Shown here piece by piece: positions 35,640-49,439 of a stretch of DNA of 64,000 nt (position 1 is its first letter; every line of letters begins with the position of its first letter). This DNA is from Mobula birostris. Lineage: Eukaryota. The notes under the pieces were generated by a model. The model was not told where the DNA came from and did no database searches. It worked only from the letters and a program-made list of their open reading frames with translations. The stretch is taken from contig NC_092379.1 in assembly GCF_030028105.1 (NCBI RefSeq), positions 25,847,821 through 25,911,820 on the forward strand. Direction: 5' to 3'. A program made the translations under genes and the position numbers.

Positions 35640-38600
35640 AAACCGCTGATTAGACAATCAAGATTTGAATAGCTCAGACTCAGCAGAAAGCAGCTGATTG
35701 GGCAGTCAAGGTCAGGTGACCAAACATTTTGAAAAACTCAAACAGCTAAATCGACGGATAGCTCAAGCGAAGCGGCCTGTGCGTGATTGGACCAGTGAAG
35801 GAGTGGAGCTTTGAGACTTTGACTCGAGAGGCTTCGACGAGAAGAGGCAGAGGAGAAACTAATTCGCAGTTAGTTTTTACAATGTCTCCTGAGACGGTAA
35901 TGTGCCTCTCATGTGAGATGTGGCAGTCTTGGGGGAACTCCCCTTTCCCGCAGTGTCACATCTGCCAGAAGTGCATACGGCTGGGCGATCTGGAAGACGG
36001 TGTAAGGAATCTGGAGCAGCAGCTGGATGACCTTCGACTCATAAGGGAGAATGAGGCAGTCATAGATGAGAGCTACAGTGAGGTAGTCACATCTAGGCTG
36101 TCGGAAGCAGGTCGTTGGGTGACAGTCAGAGTGGGGGAAGCGAAGGTGAGCAGACAGGTCATGCAGAGCAGCCCTGTAGCCATTCCCCTGAATAATAAGT
36201 TTACCGTCCTGGATACTGTTGGCGTGGACGACCAATCAGGTGTGAGACACGGTGGCAGGGCCTCCGGCACTGAGTCTGACCCTGTGGTGCAGAAGGGTGG
36301 GACGGGACGAGACGAGAGCTGCCGTCATTGGAGACTCTATACTCAGGGGAGCAGACAGGAGATTTTGTGGACGTGAGAAGGACACTCGCATGGTTTGTTT
36401 CCTCCCGGGTGCCAGGGTTCGGGATGTCTTTAACTGGGTGCACGACATCCTGGGACGAGAGGGAAAGCAATCATAAGTCCTGATACATGTTGGTACTAAC
36501 GGCATAGGCAGGAAGAGGAATGAGGTCCTGAAGTGTGAGTTTCGGGAACTAGGCAGAAGGCTGAAGAACAGGACCTCAAGGGTGGCGTTCTCAGGATTGC
36601 TGTCAGAGCTACGTGACAGTGATGGTAAGAATTGGAGGAGATGGCAGTTGAATGCGTGGCTGAGGAGTTGGTGCAAGGAGCAGTGTTTTAGATCTTTAGA
36701 GCATTGGGATCTGTTCTGGGGAAGGTGGGACCTGCACACTTTGGATGGGTTGCACCTGAACTCGAAGGGGAGCAATATCCTTGCAGGTAGGTTTGCAGGC
36801 TTGGCTCGAGAGGGTTTAAACTAATTTGCGAGGGGGATGGGACCCAGAGCGATGGAGCAGTGAAAGAAGTGCATGGAGTAAAGCCAGATCTAACATACAG
36901 GGAGGCTTTGAGGAACGAGAAACGGAATAAACGGTGTAGAGACAGTAAGGTAGAAGGGCTGAAATGTGTGTACCTCAATGCAAGAAGCATCAGGAACAAA
37001 GGTGATGAACTGAGAGCTTGGATACACACATGGAATTATGATGTAGAGGCCATTAAAGAGACTTGGTTGGCACCAGGGCAGGAATGGATTCTCAATCTGC
37101 CTGGATTTCAGTGCTTTAAAAGGGATAGAGAATGCGGATAAAGGGGAGGAGGGGTGGGATTACTAGTCAGGGATACTATTACAGCTACAGAAAGGTGGGT
37201 AATGTAGCAGGATCCTCTTTTGAGTCAATATGGGTGGAAGCCAGGAACAGGAAGGTTGCAGTTACTCTCTTGGGGGTATTCTATAGGCCCCCTGGTAGCA
37301 GTTGAGATACAGAGGAGCAGATTGGGATGCAGATTTTTGAAAGGTGCAAAAATAACACGGTTGTTATCATGAGTAACTTTAACTTCCCTAACATTGTTTG
37401 GCACCTGATTAGTTCCAAGGGTTTAGATGGGGCAGAGTTTGTTAAGTGTGTCCAGGACGGATTCCTGTCACGGTATGTGTACATGCTGACCAGGGGAAAT
37501 GCTATACTAGATCTAGTACCAGGTAATGAACCGAGTCAGGTCACAGATCTCTCAGTGGGTGAGCATCTGGGGGACAGTGACCACCGCTCCCTGGCCTTTA
37601 GCATTATCATGGAAAAAAATAGAATCAGAGAGGACAGAAAAATGTTTAATTGGGGAAAACAAATTATGAGGCTATAAGGCTAGAACTTGCGGGTGGAAAA
37701 TGTACTATGGACATGTGGTAGATGTTTAGAAATGTCTTGCGGGATGTTAGGGATAAATTTGTTCCGGTGAGGAAGATAAAGTATGATAGGGTGAAGGAAC
37801 CATGGGTGACAAGTGAGGTGGAAAATCTAGTCAGGTGGAAGAAGGCAGCATACATGAGATTTAGGAAGCAAGGACCAGATGGATCTACGGATGAATATAG
37901 GGAAGCAAGAAAGGAGGTTAAGAAGGGGCTGACAGAGAAGGAAGGGGCCATGAGAAGGCCTTGGCGAGTAAGGTAAAAGAAAATCCCAGGCATTCTTCAC
38001 TTATTTGAAGAAAAAAGGATGACAGGAGTGAAGGTAGGACCGATTAGAGGTAAAGGTGGGAATATGTGCCTGGAGGCTATGGAAGTCAGCGAGGTCCTCA
38101 ATGCATGCTTCTCTTCGGTATTCACAAATGAGAGGGAACTTGATGATGGTGAGGACAATATGATAGGTTGATATTCTGGAGCATGTTGATAGTAAGGGAG
38201 AGGAGGTGTTGGAGTTGTTAAAATACATTAGGACAGATAAGTCCCCGGGGTCTGATGGAATATCCCCCAGACTGCTCCACGAGGCGAGAGAAGAGATGGT
38301 TGAGCTTCTGGCAAGATCTTTATGTCCTCGTTGTCTATGGAAATGGTACCGGAGGAATGTACGGAGGTGAATGGTGTCCCCTTGTTCATAAAAAGTAGTA
38401 GGGATAGTCCGGGTCTTTATAGACCAGTGAGCCTTACGTCTGTGGTGGGAAAGCGGTTGGAAAAGATTCTTAAAGATAGGATCTATGGGCATTTAGAGAA
38501 TCAAATGCCAGGGACTGTCAGGGACAGTCAGCATGGTTTTGTTAAGGGCAGATCGCGCTAACAAGCCTGATAGTTATTTGAGGAGGTGACGAGGCATTTA

Positions 38601-39790
38601 GATGAGGATAGTGCAGTAGATGTGATCTATATGGATTTTAGTAAGGCATTTGACAAGGTTCCACACGGTCGGCTTACTCAGAAAGTTAGAAGACATGGGA
38701 TCCTGGGAGGATTGGCCACGTGGATTCAGAATTGGCTTGCCTGCAGAAGGCAGAGTGTGGTCATGGAGGGGGTACATTCAGATTGGAGGATTGTGACTAG
38801 TGGTGTCCCACAAGGATCTGTTCTGGGACCTCTACTTTTCGTGTTTTTTTATTAACAACCTGGATGTGGGGGTAGAAGGGTGATTTGGCAATTTTGTACA
38901 CGACTCAAAGGCTGGTGGTGTTGCAGATAGTGTAGATGATTGTCAAAGATTGCAGAGAGACTTTGATAGAATGCAGGAATGGGCTGAAAAGTGGCAGATA
39001 GAGTTCAACCCAGAGAAGTGTGAGGTGGTACACTTTGGAAGAACAAACTCCAAGGCAGAGAACAAAGTAAATGGCAGGATACTTGGTAGTGTGGAGGAGC
39101 AGAGGGTTCTCGAGGTACATGTTCACAGATCCCTGAAAGTTGCCCCACAGGTGGATAGGGTTGTTAAGAAAGTTTATGACGTGTTAGCTTTCATAAGTCG
39201 AATGATAGAGTTTAAGAGTCGCGATGTAATGATGCAGCTCTATAAAAGTCTGGTTAGGCCACACTTGGAGTACTGTGTCCAGTTCTAGTCACCTCACTAT
39301 AGGAAGGATGTGGAAGCATTGGAAAGGGTACAGAGGAGATTTACCAGGATGTTGCCTGGTTTAAAAAGTATGCATTATGATCAGAGATTAAGGGAGCTAG
39401 GGCTTTACTCTTTGGAGAGAAGGAGGATGGGAGGAGACATGATAGAGCTGTACAAGATAATAAGAGGAATAGATAGAGTAGATAGCCAGCGCCTCTTCCC
39501 TAGGGCACCACTGCTCAATACAAGAGGACATGGCTTTAAGCTAAGGAGTGGGAAGTTCAAGGGGGATATAAGAGGAAGGGTTTTTACTCAGAGAGTGGTT
39601 GGTGCGTGGAATGCACTGCCTGAGTCAGTGGTGGGGGCAGATGCACTAGTGAAGCTTAAGAGTCTATTAGACAGGTATATGGAGGAATTTAAGGTGGGGA
39701 CTTATTTGGGAGGCAGGATTTGAGGGTCGGCACAACATTGTGGGCCGAAGGGCCTGTACTGGGCTGTACTATTCCATGTTCTATGTTCTG
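35640..39790 (+). mobile_element. Near full-length CR1 LINE (ORF1 zinc finger + SGNH esterase; ORF2 APE-RT), disrupted
   Basis: ORF1: CLSCEMW...CQKC, GDSILRG, DGLHLN. ORF2: YLNARSIRNK, YMDFSKAFDKVPH, GVPQGSVLGP, RPHLEYCVQF. Tail (TTCTATG)n at about 39775. Frameshifts and stops. Confidence 0.95.
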
Positions 39791-40569
39791 TGCTGCTTCT
39801 CGCTTAATTGTTCGAATATAATCTACCAGCATTGGCGGACTCCAATTGCCGTAGTAGCGTCTCTCCATGACCGTAATGTCCAGGTGAAACCTTTCACCAT
39901 GTTGATCACTGACAGTGCCAAGATTTGGAGAGCAGAAGTCAAAAAAATGAGAATGGAGAATATGAAATCTTCAGTGGAGAAAAAAGCACGCACAAGACAG
40001 TATGGCATGGATAAGCAGAAAAAGTAAGGATACACAGACGCACAGACAAAATGCTGGATAGCAGCAGCCCAGGTAGTATCTGTGCAAAAGAATACGGTGG
40101 ATGTATTAGGCCGAGATCCTTTAGCAGTACAGAAGGAAAAAACATATATATATATGAGGCGTAGGTTTAAAAGGTGAGGCGAGGATAGCAAGAAACACAA
40201 GTTGGTAGGTTAAACCGGCATGGAAAAATAAGTAAAGAGCTAGGTAGTTACTTCGTTAAAGAGATATAGGGCGGAAGAAGGAAGAATCAAACAGAATGTG
40301 TATCCATGGACACAGGCATGGGTCCTGGCGATGCCTTACTTTTTGTCTGTTATGCGGAACAGTCTACGTTCTAAGCATAAAATGGTGTCCGTCCCCCAAT
40401 TTTCCTACGCAACATGGACGAGTGCATTGTTGCTTTTTTCTGCACCAGTGCGGACCACGTCAACTTCATCAACTTTGCCTAGATATTCCAGCCTGCCCTC
40501 AAAGTTACCTGGTTGATTTCAGACACAAGACTCCTGTTTCTGGATCTCCCTCTCTTTGCCTTTGTAGAC

Positions 40570-41850
40570 AACTTACCTAGAGATGTCTTTTAGAATCTCG
40601 TGGACTCTCACAGCTACTTGGTCTATATATCTTCCATGCTGTTTCTTGTGAAAAACCTGATGTGTTTCACTCAATTTCTCCGTATCCAAGGCATCTACTC
40701 TCAGGTATTTCAACCTTTACGAAGGAGATATCCTCCTATTTCAAAAGAAGTGGTTTCGCTTCATCTGACATCAAAGCTGCCTTCAACGACATCCCTTCCG
40801 TTTCAAGCAGGTTTTCCTACCAAGGATAGGATTCTACTTGGTCGCACTTACTACATCACTATTCTCTGTGCCCAGCACTTAATTTTCCGTAAATTCCGCT
40901 ACTTGCAATTGGATCCCACTATTAACCACATTGCCCTCTGTCCCCCAACCCCATTTCTGCTTTCCACAGAGATCGATCCTAATCCGACACTCTTGTCCGT
41001 CCGTCCCTTCCCTCTGATCTCCCATCTGGCTCTTATTCTTCAAAGCGGAACAGGTACTACACAGCCCACTATACATTCTCACTGATTACCATTCAGAGCC
41101 CCAAACTGTACTTTCAGGTAGCGCGACACTTCATCTGTGAATCTCTTATGCCATATACTGTGTTCGGTGCTCCCGGTGTGGCATCCTGTATATCACTGAG
41201 ACCCAACATACACTGGGAGACTATTTGGCCGAGCACCTGGGTCATTCCGTCAGAAGAAGCGGGATCTTCCAGTGGCCACTCATTATAATTACTCTTTCCC
41301 TTCCCATCCCGATTTGAATATACGTGGCCTCCTCTACTGACACAATGAGGTGTCTCTCACGTTGAGGAACACCACCTTATATTCCTTCTGTGTAGCCTCT
41401 AGACGGAGGAGATAAACATCATTTTTTTTCGAACTTCCGTTAATGGCCCCACACATTAACAATTCCCCATCCCCTTTTCCATTCCTCACCTTACACACCT
41501 TATCGCCTTACCTGTCCATTACCTTCCTCTGGTGAACTCTTCACTTTCCCTTGTTCCAAAGCCTTCCTACTAGATTCCCCCTTTCCATCACTGTATCTCT
41601 TCCACCAATCAAATTACCAGATGGCTTACTTTCTCCTCCCTTGCCGATTACACCTATCAATTTATGTTTCTCCTACACCTCATCCCACATTTTAATTCTA
41701 CTCAACGTTTACTTCGCAGTCCTGCTGAAGTGTCTCGACGCGAACCGTCGACTGTACCTTTTCCATAGATGTTGTCTGGCCGGCTTAGTTCGTCCAGAAT
41801 TTTTTGTGTGTTGCCTGAATTTCCGGCATCTTCAGATTGTCCCTTGTTGG
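40570..41850 (+). mobile_element. Penelope-like element 3' half (RT C-terminus, GIY-YIG, tail with decayed hammerhead)
   Basis: DSHSYL...TQFLRI and GILYITET (cf. YIGET). Tail gcagtcCTGCTGA...GAAC cgtcgact at 41717-41754. Confidence 0.8.
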
Positions 41851-43292
41851 TAACAATGTTAAGGGAGACTCTTAGGAAGTACTATGAAAATATAGGTCCT
41901 AAACAAGATACGAGGAAGCTGAAAATATAACTAAAGAACTTATGGATGGAATACAGTTAAATATTGTTTCCTACGTAGCCGGAGTAAAGAGATTAATGAA
42001 ATCTGCCGGATGTCCAAAACAGAATTATCGAATCGGGAACAATGAAAATGTTTGTACTGAAATTCGACAGGGCAGAAAGTCACCCACACCGACACTGAAT
42101 TAACAACAAACAGTCAGCAATGGACGAATGTTCTCATATCTTGTCAAACACGTCGACAGATAATCACCAATAAAGCTGGATTAGAAAGGATAAGGAACAC
42201 ACTCACTCAAATACATGCAATCAAGCACAGTTACAGGGGACCTGCTAAACGTCGTTATAAGAGATAGGGATAGTTGGAAAAGTACCGGCAGAGATAACAA
42301 ATCATAACAATTAGTAAAACAGATATATGTGGTATCATCCTTACATATCAATGCGTGTCAATAATTTTCTTAAGATCCTGAAGAAGTACCCGATTTCTGT
42401 AGAATAACATACATACCTCCAATCTGCAGAATGAATCACAAATGGGGCATTGAAACATTACCCCACTTCGTCTTTTGCAACCTATATATAAAATAGTACA
42501 ATCATGCACGTCTAAACAAATCAGCGCTTGGTATGATAATCAGAATATTTTGACATAGATGCTGTAAGAATGGCATAAACATATAAAAGGACGTACATAA
42601 CAACAATAGGTAAACGTTTCTGTAACTTGTTATCCAACCTGCTGGAAGTATAAAATAATTCAATTTGTTATATTAGCAATGCATCCGCTCAGATCATGGG
42701 GCTGTCTTCAATGTCGGGTCTTCCTCTGACTTGGTATATCTTTTATTTCAATTGACATTTTACCTCAGTTCTGCTCGCATTTAGATTTAGAGTTTTTGTA
42801 AGTCTTATTGGAATTGTATACGATCCCGTGTATTCTTTAATCATATTATCGTTGATGAAAATATATCGTAAGAATGTTTAAGTCATAGTTGTGTATTTTT
42901 ATATGTCTGCTGTTATTCATTCCTTAGGTATCAATACGCACTCCAGTGCACAGAGTGCTTGCTACCTTCTTGGCATTTTTTTCCGATCGGTACCGAACAA
43001 AATAGTGTGGGAAAAAAATGCAGTGATATGTGTCTAACTAAAACTTTTATGGCCTTGTTATATTTGTAACAGATCATCTTTTGGAAGATTGTCTTAAGTA
43101 AATTTGTCTGAACATTTTCCTCTAAGCACATTAGCCTATTATTTCGGTTTGTTGATATTTCGAAGACTTCATAGATTCCATATTTATGCATCTGTTTTAC
43201 TATATCCCACTTCTCTGTGCTATTTTCCTTTAACACTGTGCAATTCTGTAATCTATATGATACTCTGCATTTGTCTCCTCCAAGGGGTACAT

Positions 43293-43294
<2 letters not shown>

Positions 43295-43338
<44 letters not shown>
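43295..43338. repeat. (AT)n microsatellite
   Basis: Read directly. Confidence 0.97.
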
Positions 43339-43346
<8 letters not shown>

Positions 43347-43569
43347 TATTAGTAGTTCCGCTATCTGTAGCAATTGCTCCAGGTTTAGTGAGGAAGGTGC
43401 GTATAATTTCACATAGTCCATGTATGGTAAGTGTGTCAACGTACAATTCCTTTGATAGGTTGTGATACGAAACACACTTTTCTTTCGACCCAGTACATTT
43501 AGGAGCGGTTTTCAAACTAGAACAGAATATTATGGGTTTGGGATTTACCATGAAAATTGACCAATAAAA

Positions 43570-46500
43570 TCATAGAAGCATAGAAAACCTACTGCAAAAT
43601 AAAGGTCCTTTGGTCCACAAAGCTGTGCCGAATATATCCCTAACTTAGAACTACCTCGGCCTTACCCTTAGCCCTTTAATTTTCTAAGCTCCATGCAGCC
43701 ATTCAGGAGTCTCTTACGTTTCTGCCTCTACCACCGCCACCAGCAGCCTATTTCAAGCACTCAACACTGTCTGCGTAAAAAAAAAAAACTTACTCCTGAC
43801 ATCTCCTCTGTATCTAGTTCCAAGCACCTTAAAACTCTGCTCTCTCGTGCTAGCCATTTCAGCCCTGGGAGAAAACCTCTGCCTATCCACAGCATCAATG
43901 CCGCTCGTTACCTTGTACACTTCTATCAGGTCACCTCTTATTCTCCGTCGCACCAAGGAGAAAAGACCGAGTTCACTCAAAGTATTTTCGTAAGGAATGC
44001 TTCCCAATCCAGGCAACATTCTTCTACATCTGCACTTGTACCATTTCTATAGTTTCCACGTCCTTCCCATAGTAAGGCGACCAGGATTGAACACAGTACG
44101 CCAAGTGGAGTCTGACAAGGGTCCTATAGAAATGGAACATTACCGCTCGGCTGTCAAATTCAATACCACTATTGATGAAGGCCAATGCACCATATCCCTT
44201 CTTAACCACAGAGTCAACCTGCGTAGTAGCTTTGAGTGTCCTATGAACTCGGACACCAAGATCCATCTGATCCTCCACACTGCCAAGAGTCTCACAATTA
44301 ATGCTATATTCTGCCATCATATTTAACGTACCAAAATTAGCCACCTGACACTTATTTGGGTTGAACTCCATCTGCCATTTCTCAGCCCAGTTTTGCATCC
44401 TATCAATGCTCCGTTGTATCAGTCCTCCACACTATCCGCAGCACCCTCAACTTTTGTGTCATCGGCAAATTTACTAACCTATCCCTCCACATCCTCAGTC
44501 AGGACATTTATAAAAATCACAAAGAATAGGGATAAAGCAGAATCCTGAGTCACACCGCTGGTCACCGGCCTCCATGGAGAATATGACCCGTTTACAACAA
44601 CACTTTGCCTTCTGTGGACAAACTCATATTTGGACCCACAAAGCAATGTCCCCCTTGTATTCCATGCCGCCTTACTTTTTTAATAAACCTTGCATGGGGT
44701 ACCTTATCAAATACCTTGCTAAAATTTGTGTACACCACATCTACGGCTAACCTCCATCAAAGTGTTTAGTCACATCCAAAAAACAAACAAACAAACAATC
44801 AGGCTCGTAAGGCAGGATCTGCCTTTTACAAAGCCATGCTGACTATTCCTAATCATATTCTGCCTCTCCGGATGTTCATAAATCCTGCCTCTCAGAATCA
44901 TATCCAGCAACTCACCAAACACTAAAGTAGGACTCACTGGCCCATAAATTCCTGGGGCATCGCTACTCCGTGACATGAATAAGGGAACAACATCCGCAAC
45001 CCTTCAATCCTCCGGAACCTCTCCCGTACTCATTGATGATGCAAATATAATTTCCAGAGGCTCAGCGATCTCCTGCCCCGCTTCCCACACTAGGCTGGGG
45101 TACATCCCGTCTGTTCTCGGTGACTTATCCAACGTAATGCTTTCCAAAAGCTCCAGCACATCCTCTTACTTAATATCTGCATGCTCACATTTTTCAGTCC
45201 ACTGCAAGTCATCTCCACAATCGCCTAGCTCATTTTCCGTAGTGAATACTGAAGCAACGTATTCATTAAGTACCTTCACTATTTCCTCCTGTTCCATGCA
45301 AACTTGATTAGTCATATTGATCACGTCTTAGCCTCTTGCTCTTCATATATTCGTAGAATGCCTTGGGGTTTTCCTTAACCCTGTCTGCCAAGAACTTCTC
45401 ATGGCCACTTTTGGCTCTCCTCATTTCATTGTTAAGCTCCTTCCAGCTAGCGTTATTATCTCTAGATTCATATCATTACCCCGTTTTTGCATCTTTCGTA
45501 AGCTCTTCTTTTCTTCTTGACTAGACACCATGGATCTTATACTCCATCATCCTTTCTATGTCTCATTGGAACGTACTTATTCAGAACCCCATGCAAATAT
45601 TTCCTGAACATTTGCCACATTTCTTCCGTCCGTTTCCCTGAGAACGTCTGTTCCCAATTTATGATTCCAAATTCCTGCCTGATAGCCTCATATTTCCCAG
45701 TTCTCAAATTAAACGTTTACTTAAATTGTGTGTTCCTATCTCTCTCAAATGCTACGGTGAAGGAGATAGAACTTCAATCACTATCTCCAAAATATGCTCC
45801 CAGTCAGAGGACTGACACCTGACCAGCTTCATTTTCTAATAACAGATCAAGTTCAGCGTATCCTCTACACATTGTGTCAAGACACTTTCCTGAACACACC
45901 TGACAAACTGTAGCCCATCGCAATGCCTCAGTCTAGGGAGATGCAAATTAATATTTAGGAAATTACTATCTCCCACCACAAGAACCCTCTTATTATTACT
46001 GCTTTCCAGAATCTGTCTCCCTGCTTGTTCCTCGATGTCCCTGTTGCAATTGGGGTGTCCATATAAAAGAACACGCAGTAGACTTATTGATCCCTTCCTG
46101 TTCCTAACCTCCACTCACAGAGACTCCGTAGACAACCACTCCTGACTTCCCCTTTTCTGCAGCCGTGACACTATCTCTGATCAACAGTGCCCCGCCCCCA
46201 CCTCTTTTGCCTCCCTCACTATCCTTTCTGAAATATCTAAAGCCTGACGCTTGAAGTAGCTATTCCTGCCCTTGCATCATCCAAGTCTCTATAATGGCCA
46301 TAACATCATAGCTATAAATGTTGATCCACGCTTTAAGCTCATCCGCTTTATTCACAATACTCCTCGCATTAAAATAGACACATCCCAAACCATCGGTCTG
46401 AGCGCATCCCTTCTCTAACACCTGCCTATCCTCCCTTTCGCACTGTCTCCAAACTTTCTCTATTTGTGATCTAGCCTCCCTTTCCTTCGTCACTTCCGTT

Positions 46501-47680
46501 CGGTTATTACACCACCACCCCCGGCAAAAATTAAAAAAAAAAAAAAACATTCTAGTTTAAACTCTCCCAAATGGCATTAGCAAAACTTCACGCTAGGATA
46601 TTAATCCTCCTCGTATTCAAGTGCAACGAGTCGTTTTTGGACAAGTCACACCTGCCCCAGAAGAGGTCCCAATGATCCAGAAATCAGAATCCCTGCCTTC
46701 TTCTCCAAGTCCTCAGCCACGCATTTATCCTCCCCCTTATTCTATTCCTCCAGTCACTGTCACGTGGCACAGTCAGTAGTATTGAGATTACTAACTTTGA
46801 CGTCCTGCGTCGCATCTTCCTTCTTAACTCGTTGTAGTCTGATTTCAGGACCACCTCCTTTTTTCTACCTATGCCTTTGGTAGCAATACATACCATGCTC
46901 TCTGGTTATTGTTCTTTCCAATTCAAGACAGCGTGGGCGCTATCTGTAACATCCTGGACCCTGGCACCTGGGCGGCAAACTGCCATCCGCGCTTCTTTCC
47001 TGCGTCCACGGAATCGCCTATCTGACCCCCTATCACCCCCTCTTCCTTTCCTTACCTTTTCTGGGCTACAGGGCTAGACTCTTTTCCAGATTCGTGACCA
47101 CTGTTGCTTCTCACAGGAGGTCGTTCTCCCTCCCCACCTCCGACAGTAGTCAAGCAGGAATAGTTATTGTTAAAGGGGACAGCCACAGGGTAACTCTCTA
47201 GCACCTGCTTCTTCCTCTTCTCTCTCCTGAATGTTATCCACTCTTCTGTCTCCCGTGGTCCCGGGGTAACCAACTGCCTATAGCTCCTCTCTATAACCTC
47301 CTCACGCTACTTGACCAGACGAAGGTAATCGAGAAACAGCTCCAGTTCCCTAACGCAGTCTCTCAGGAGTTGCAGCTCGACCCACCTCGTGCAGATATGG
47401 CTGTCCGGGAGGCCAGGAGACTCCCGAACCTCCCACAGCTGACACCAAGCTCAGAAACCCTGCTTCACACACATACTTTCTGCCTTTACTTCAAACAGTC
47501 AACCTCCTGGCCTCGACCCCTTAATCGCCTAAGTCCCGTTGAGACAAAGCCTTCCTAGTCTGTATCCCACTACTCTGTCGCCCGCTCCTCCGATGCAAGC
47601 TCTGTAAATCTGACTTCCTTTTAAACTCTTCTCTCTGCTCTTACTGGCCGAATTCCACGCGCATACGCAGTCGTGCCCCT
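43570..47680 (-). mobile_element. Near full-length CR1 LINE, antisense, disrupted
   Basis: CVYFNARSIVNKADEL, SQHGFVKGRSCLT, KWQMEFNPNKC, RLHLAYCVQSW and ORF1 esterase region, all on the minus strand. Confidence 0.93.
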
Positions 47681-47934
47681 TTTATTTTGATAACGCGTTT
47701 ATTCCTTCTTTGGTTGTTCGTTGACAGCTCCGATTGCCAATAATTGTGGACCATTATCAAATGCTTTCTGGTGGTCAACATAATAACATGAATGTGTTCT
47801 TCTATTCCACCTGGTTTGAAATATAATTGCAGAATCTATTATTCTGTGTCCTTTAAATTTTTGTACCATTCCTGAATCCTTTCTCCTTTTCTATAAGTAC
47901 AGTCTGATGTTGTAATTGGGTGGTGATTACTTAT

Positions 47935-48764
47935 GTAATACAAGATATAACAATTATATGTACAGTGGTTACATACATGATGTAATTTTCCCGCCGATGT
48001 GACGTCACCTGATGAGCTGTTCTCACTAGGATTATCAAAAACCATGCCGACCCAGTTAGTTTTCAGTTAGATCGTCAGTCAAATACTCCGCTACGCTGCT
48101 TATTAATCTCATGATGCAGTACTGTTTTAAAACGGAGTATTACTTTCTATTGTAAGGTACAGAAGTGTTGGGACGGCAGTTCAACAAATAGCTACCAGAT
48201 TTGTTGAAGTACCCTTTCAGTAGAATTGGAGAGTGAAAACCGGAACCTGAAGGAGTCGTTCAACGGTTGAAAGAATTGAACAGTATTGAATTATTTCAGG
48301 TAAGTGTGATCTGCGTGAGATAGCCTCTGCTACAAGCAGCAGAAAAGGCTGTGCAATATTTACCATCGAGAGGGAAAGGTCAGTGCCTTTAAACCGTTTT
48401 ACTTCGGTCGTCATGAATCCTGCAGACAAGGCACATTCCGGTGGGATAGGCTGTGACATCGTGCCTTCGAGGAATTCTTTAATACAGGAAAGTCTCTCCT
48501 AATTGACTGTGTATCTTATGTACTTCAAAATTTACCATTCTAAGAACTGTGATTGAATCTACCACTTTAAGAACTGTTTTCTCATTTATCGCTTTAGGAT
48601 CTAGTACTGAGAGACAGTTTGTTAAATGGCCGTATATCTCTTTACTTCCGGTTAAGGTTTTCGTTTCTTTATTTTTACTAATTTTGAGCAGAGTTTAATA
48701 TATGTTTATTCGTTTATAAAACCTGACTCATTTCTACATTCATTGTTGCCGATCACGTGAAACA
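47935..48764 (+). mobile_element. Solo LTR related to the Gmr1-like element LTRs
   Basis: Shares ttttcccgccgatgtgacgtcac, the ttaagaact repeats and the ...gttgccg..acgt.aaaca terminus with 56521-57412. 5' boundary uncertain. Confidence 0.75.
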
Positions 48765-49439
48765 GTATAATTTTGAACAAACAATATGACGATATATTGG
48801 CGGCTCATGGTGATTTCTCCGTATGTAAGAGATATCTTTTAACTTTTGTCAATAATCGGCCATGCATCATCATTTTGAAGAGAATTGTTGAGATGGCCAC
48901 AAAGGTACCGGACCTTTCCAAAAAGAGGTCTCCAGATCTGAGCCTGGTGATGGATGTTTATATTGGCATCACAGCTGTGAAATTCCATCGGTTCACGTTT
49001 TCTTCCTTCGTGGTTAACCCAGGCACCCTGTTCATATTTAACACCTTATACGGTGTATGGTAATCTGAACGTCTGCAGCACCATAAGGTATGGGGTTCGG
49101 TTGGTGGAATTGTGGTTGTGCTACTTCATGAGTTAGAAATAAGCTGCAGGGGATTGTAAGTCAATCAGCTCCACTACAGGCCGACGCCTCAGAAGTATCC
49201 AACGTATCTTCATGGAGCATTGGCTCAAAAAAGACGGACTCCATCATCTAGATTCCATTCACTGAGGACAGGTTTCGTTCTTCCGTACGGAAGTTATTAC
49301 ATACTAATGATTCAGGAGTTGTTTGTTGTCCTCTTCATTCGGTTTCTGAATAGGCATTGAAACGATTAACTCTACCTCACTATTTTTTTTATTACTATTA
49401 CAGTTGTTGATACCCCACGTGAGTTATCTGTTGTCGGCC

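Noticed and set aside
42931-43551. 206-aa minus-strand ORF
   Set aside because: Kept open partly by the (AT)n tract (IYIYIY). No recognisable domain beyond a possible LINE relic.
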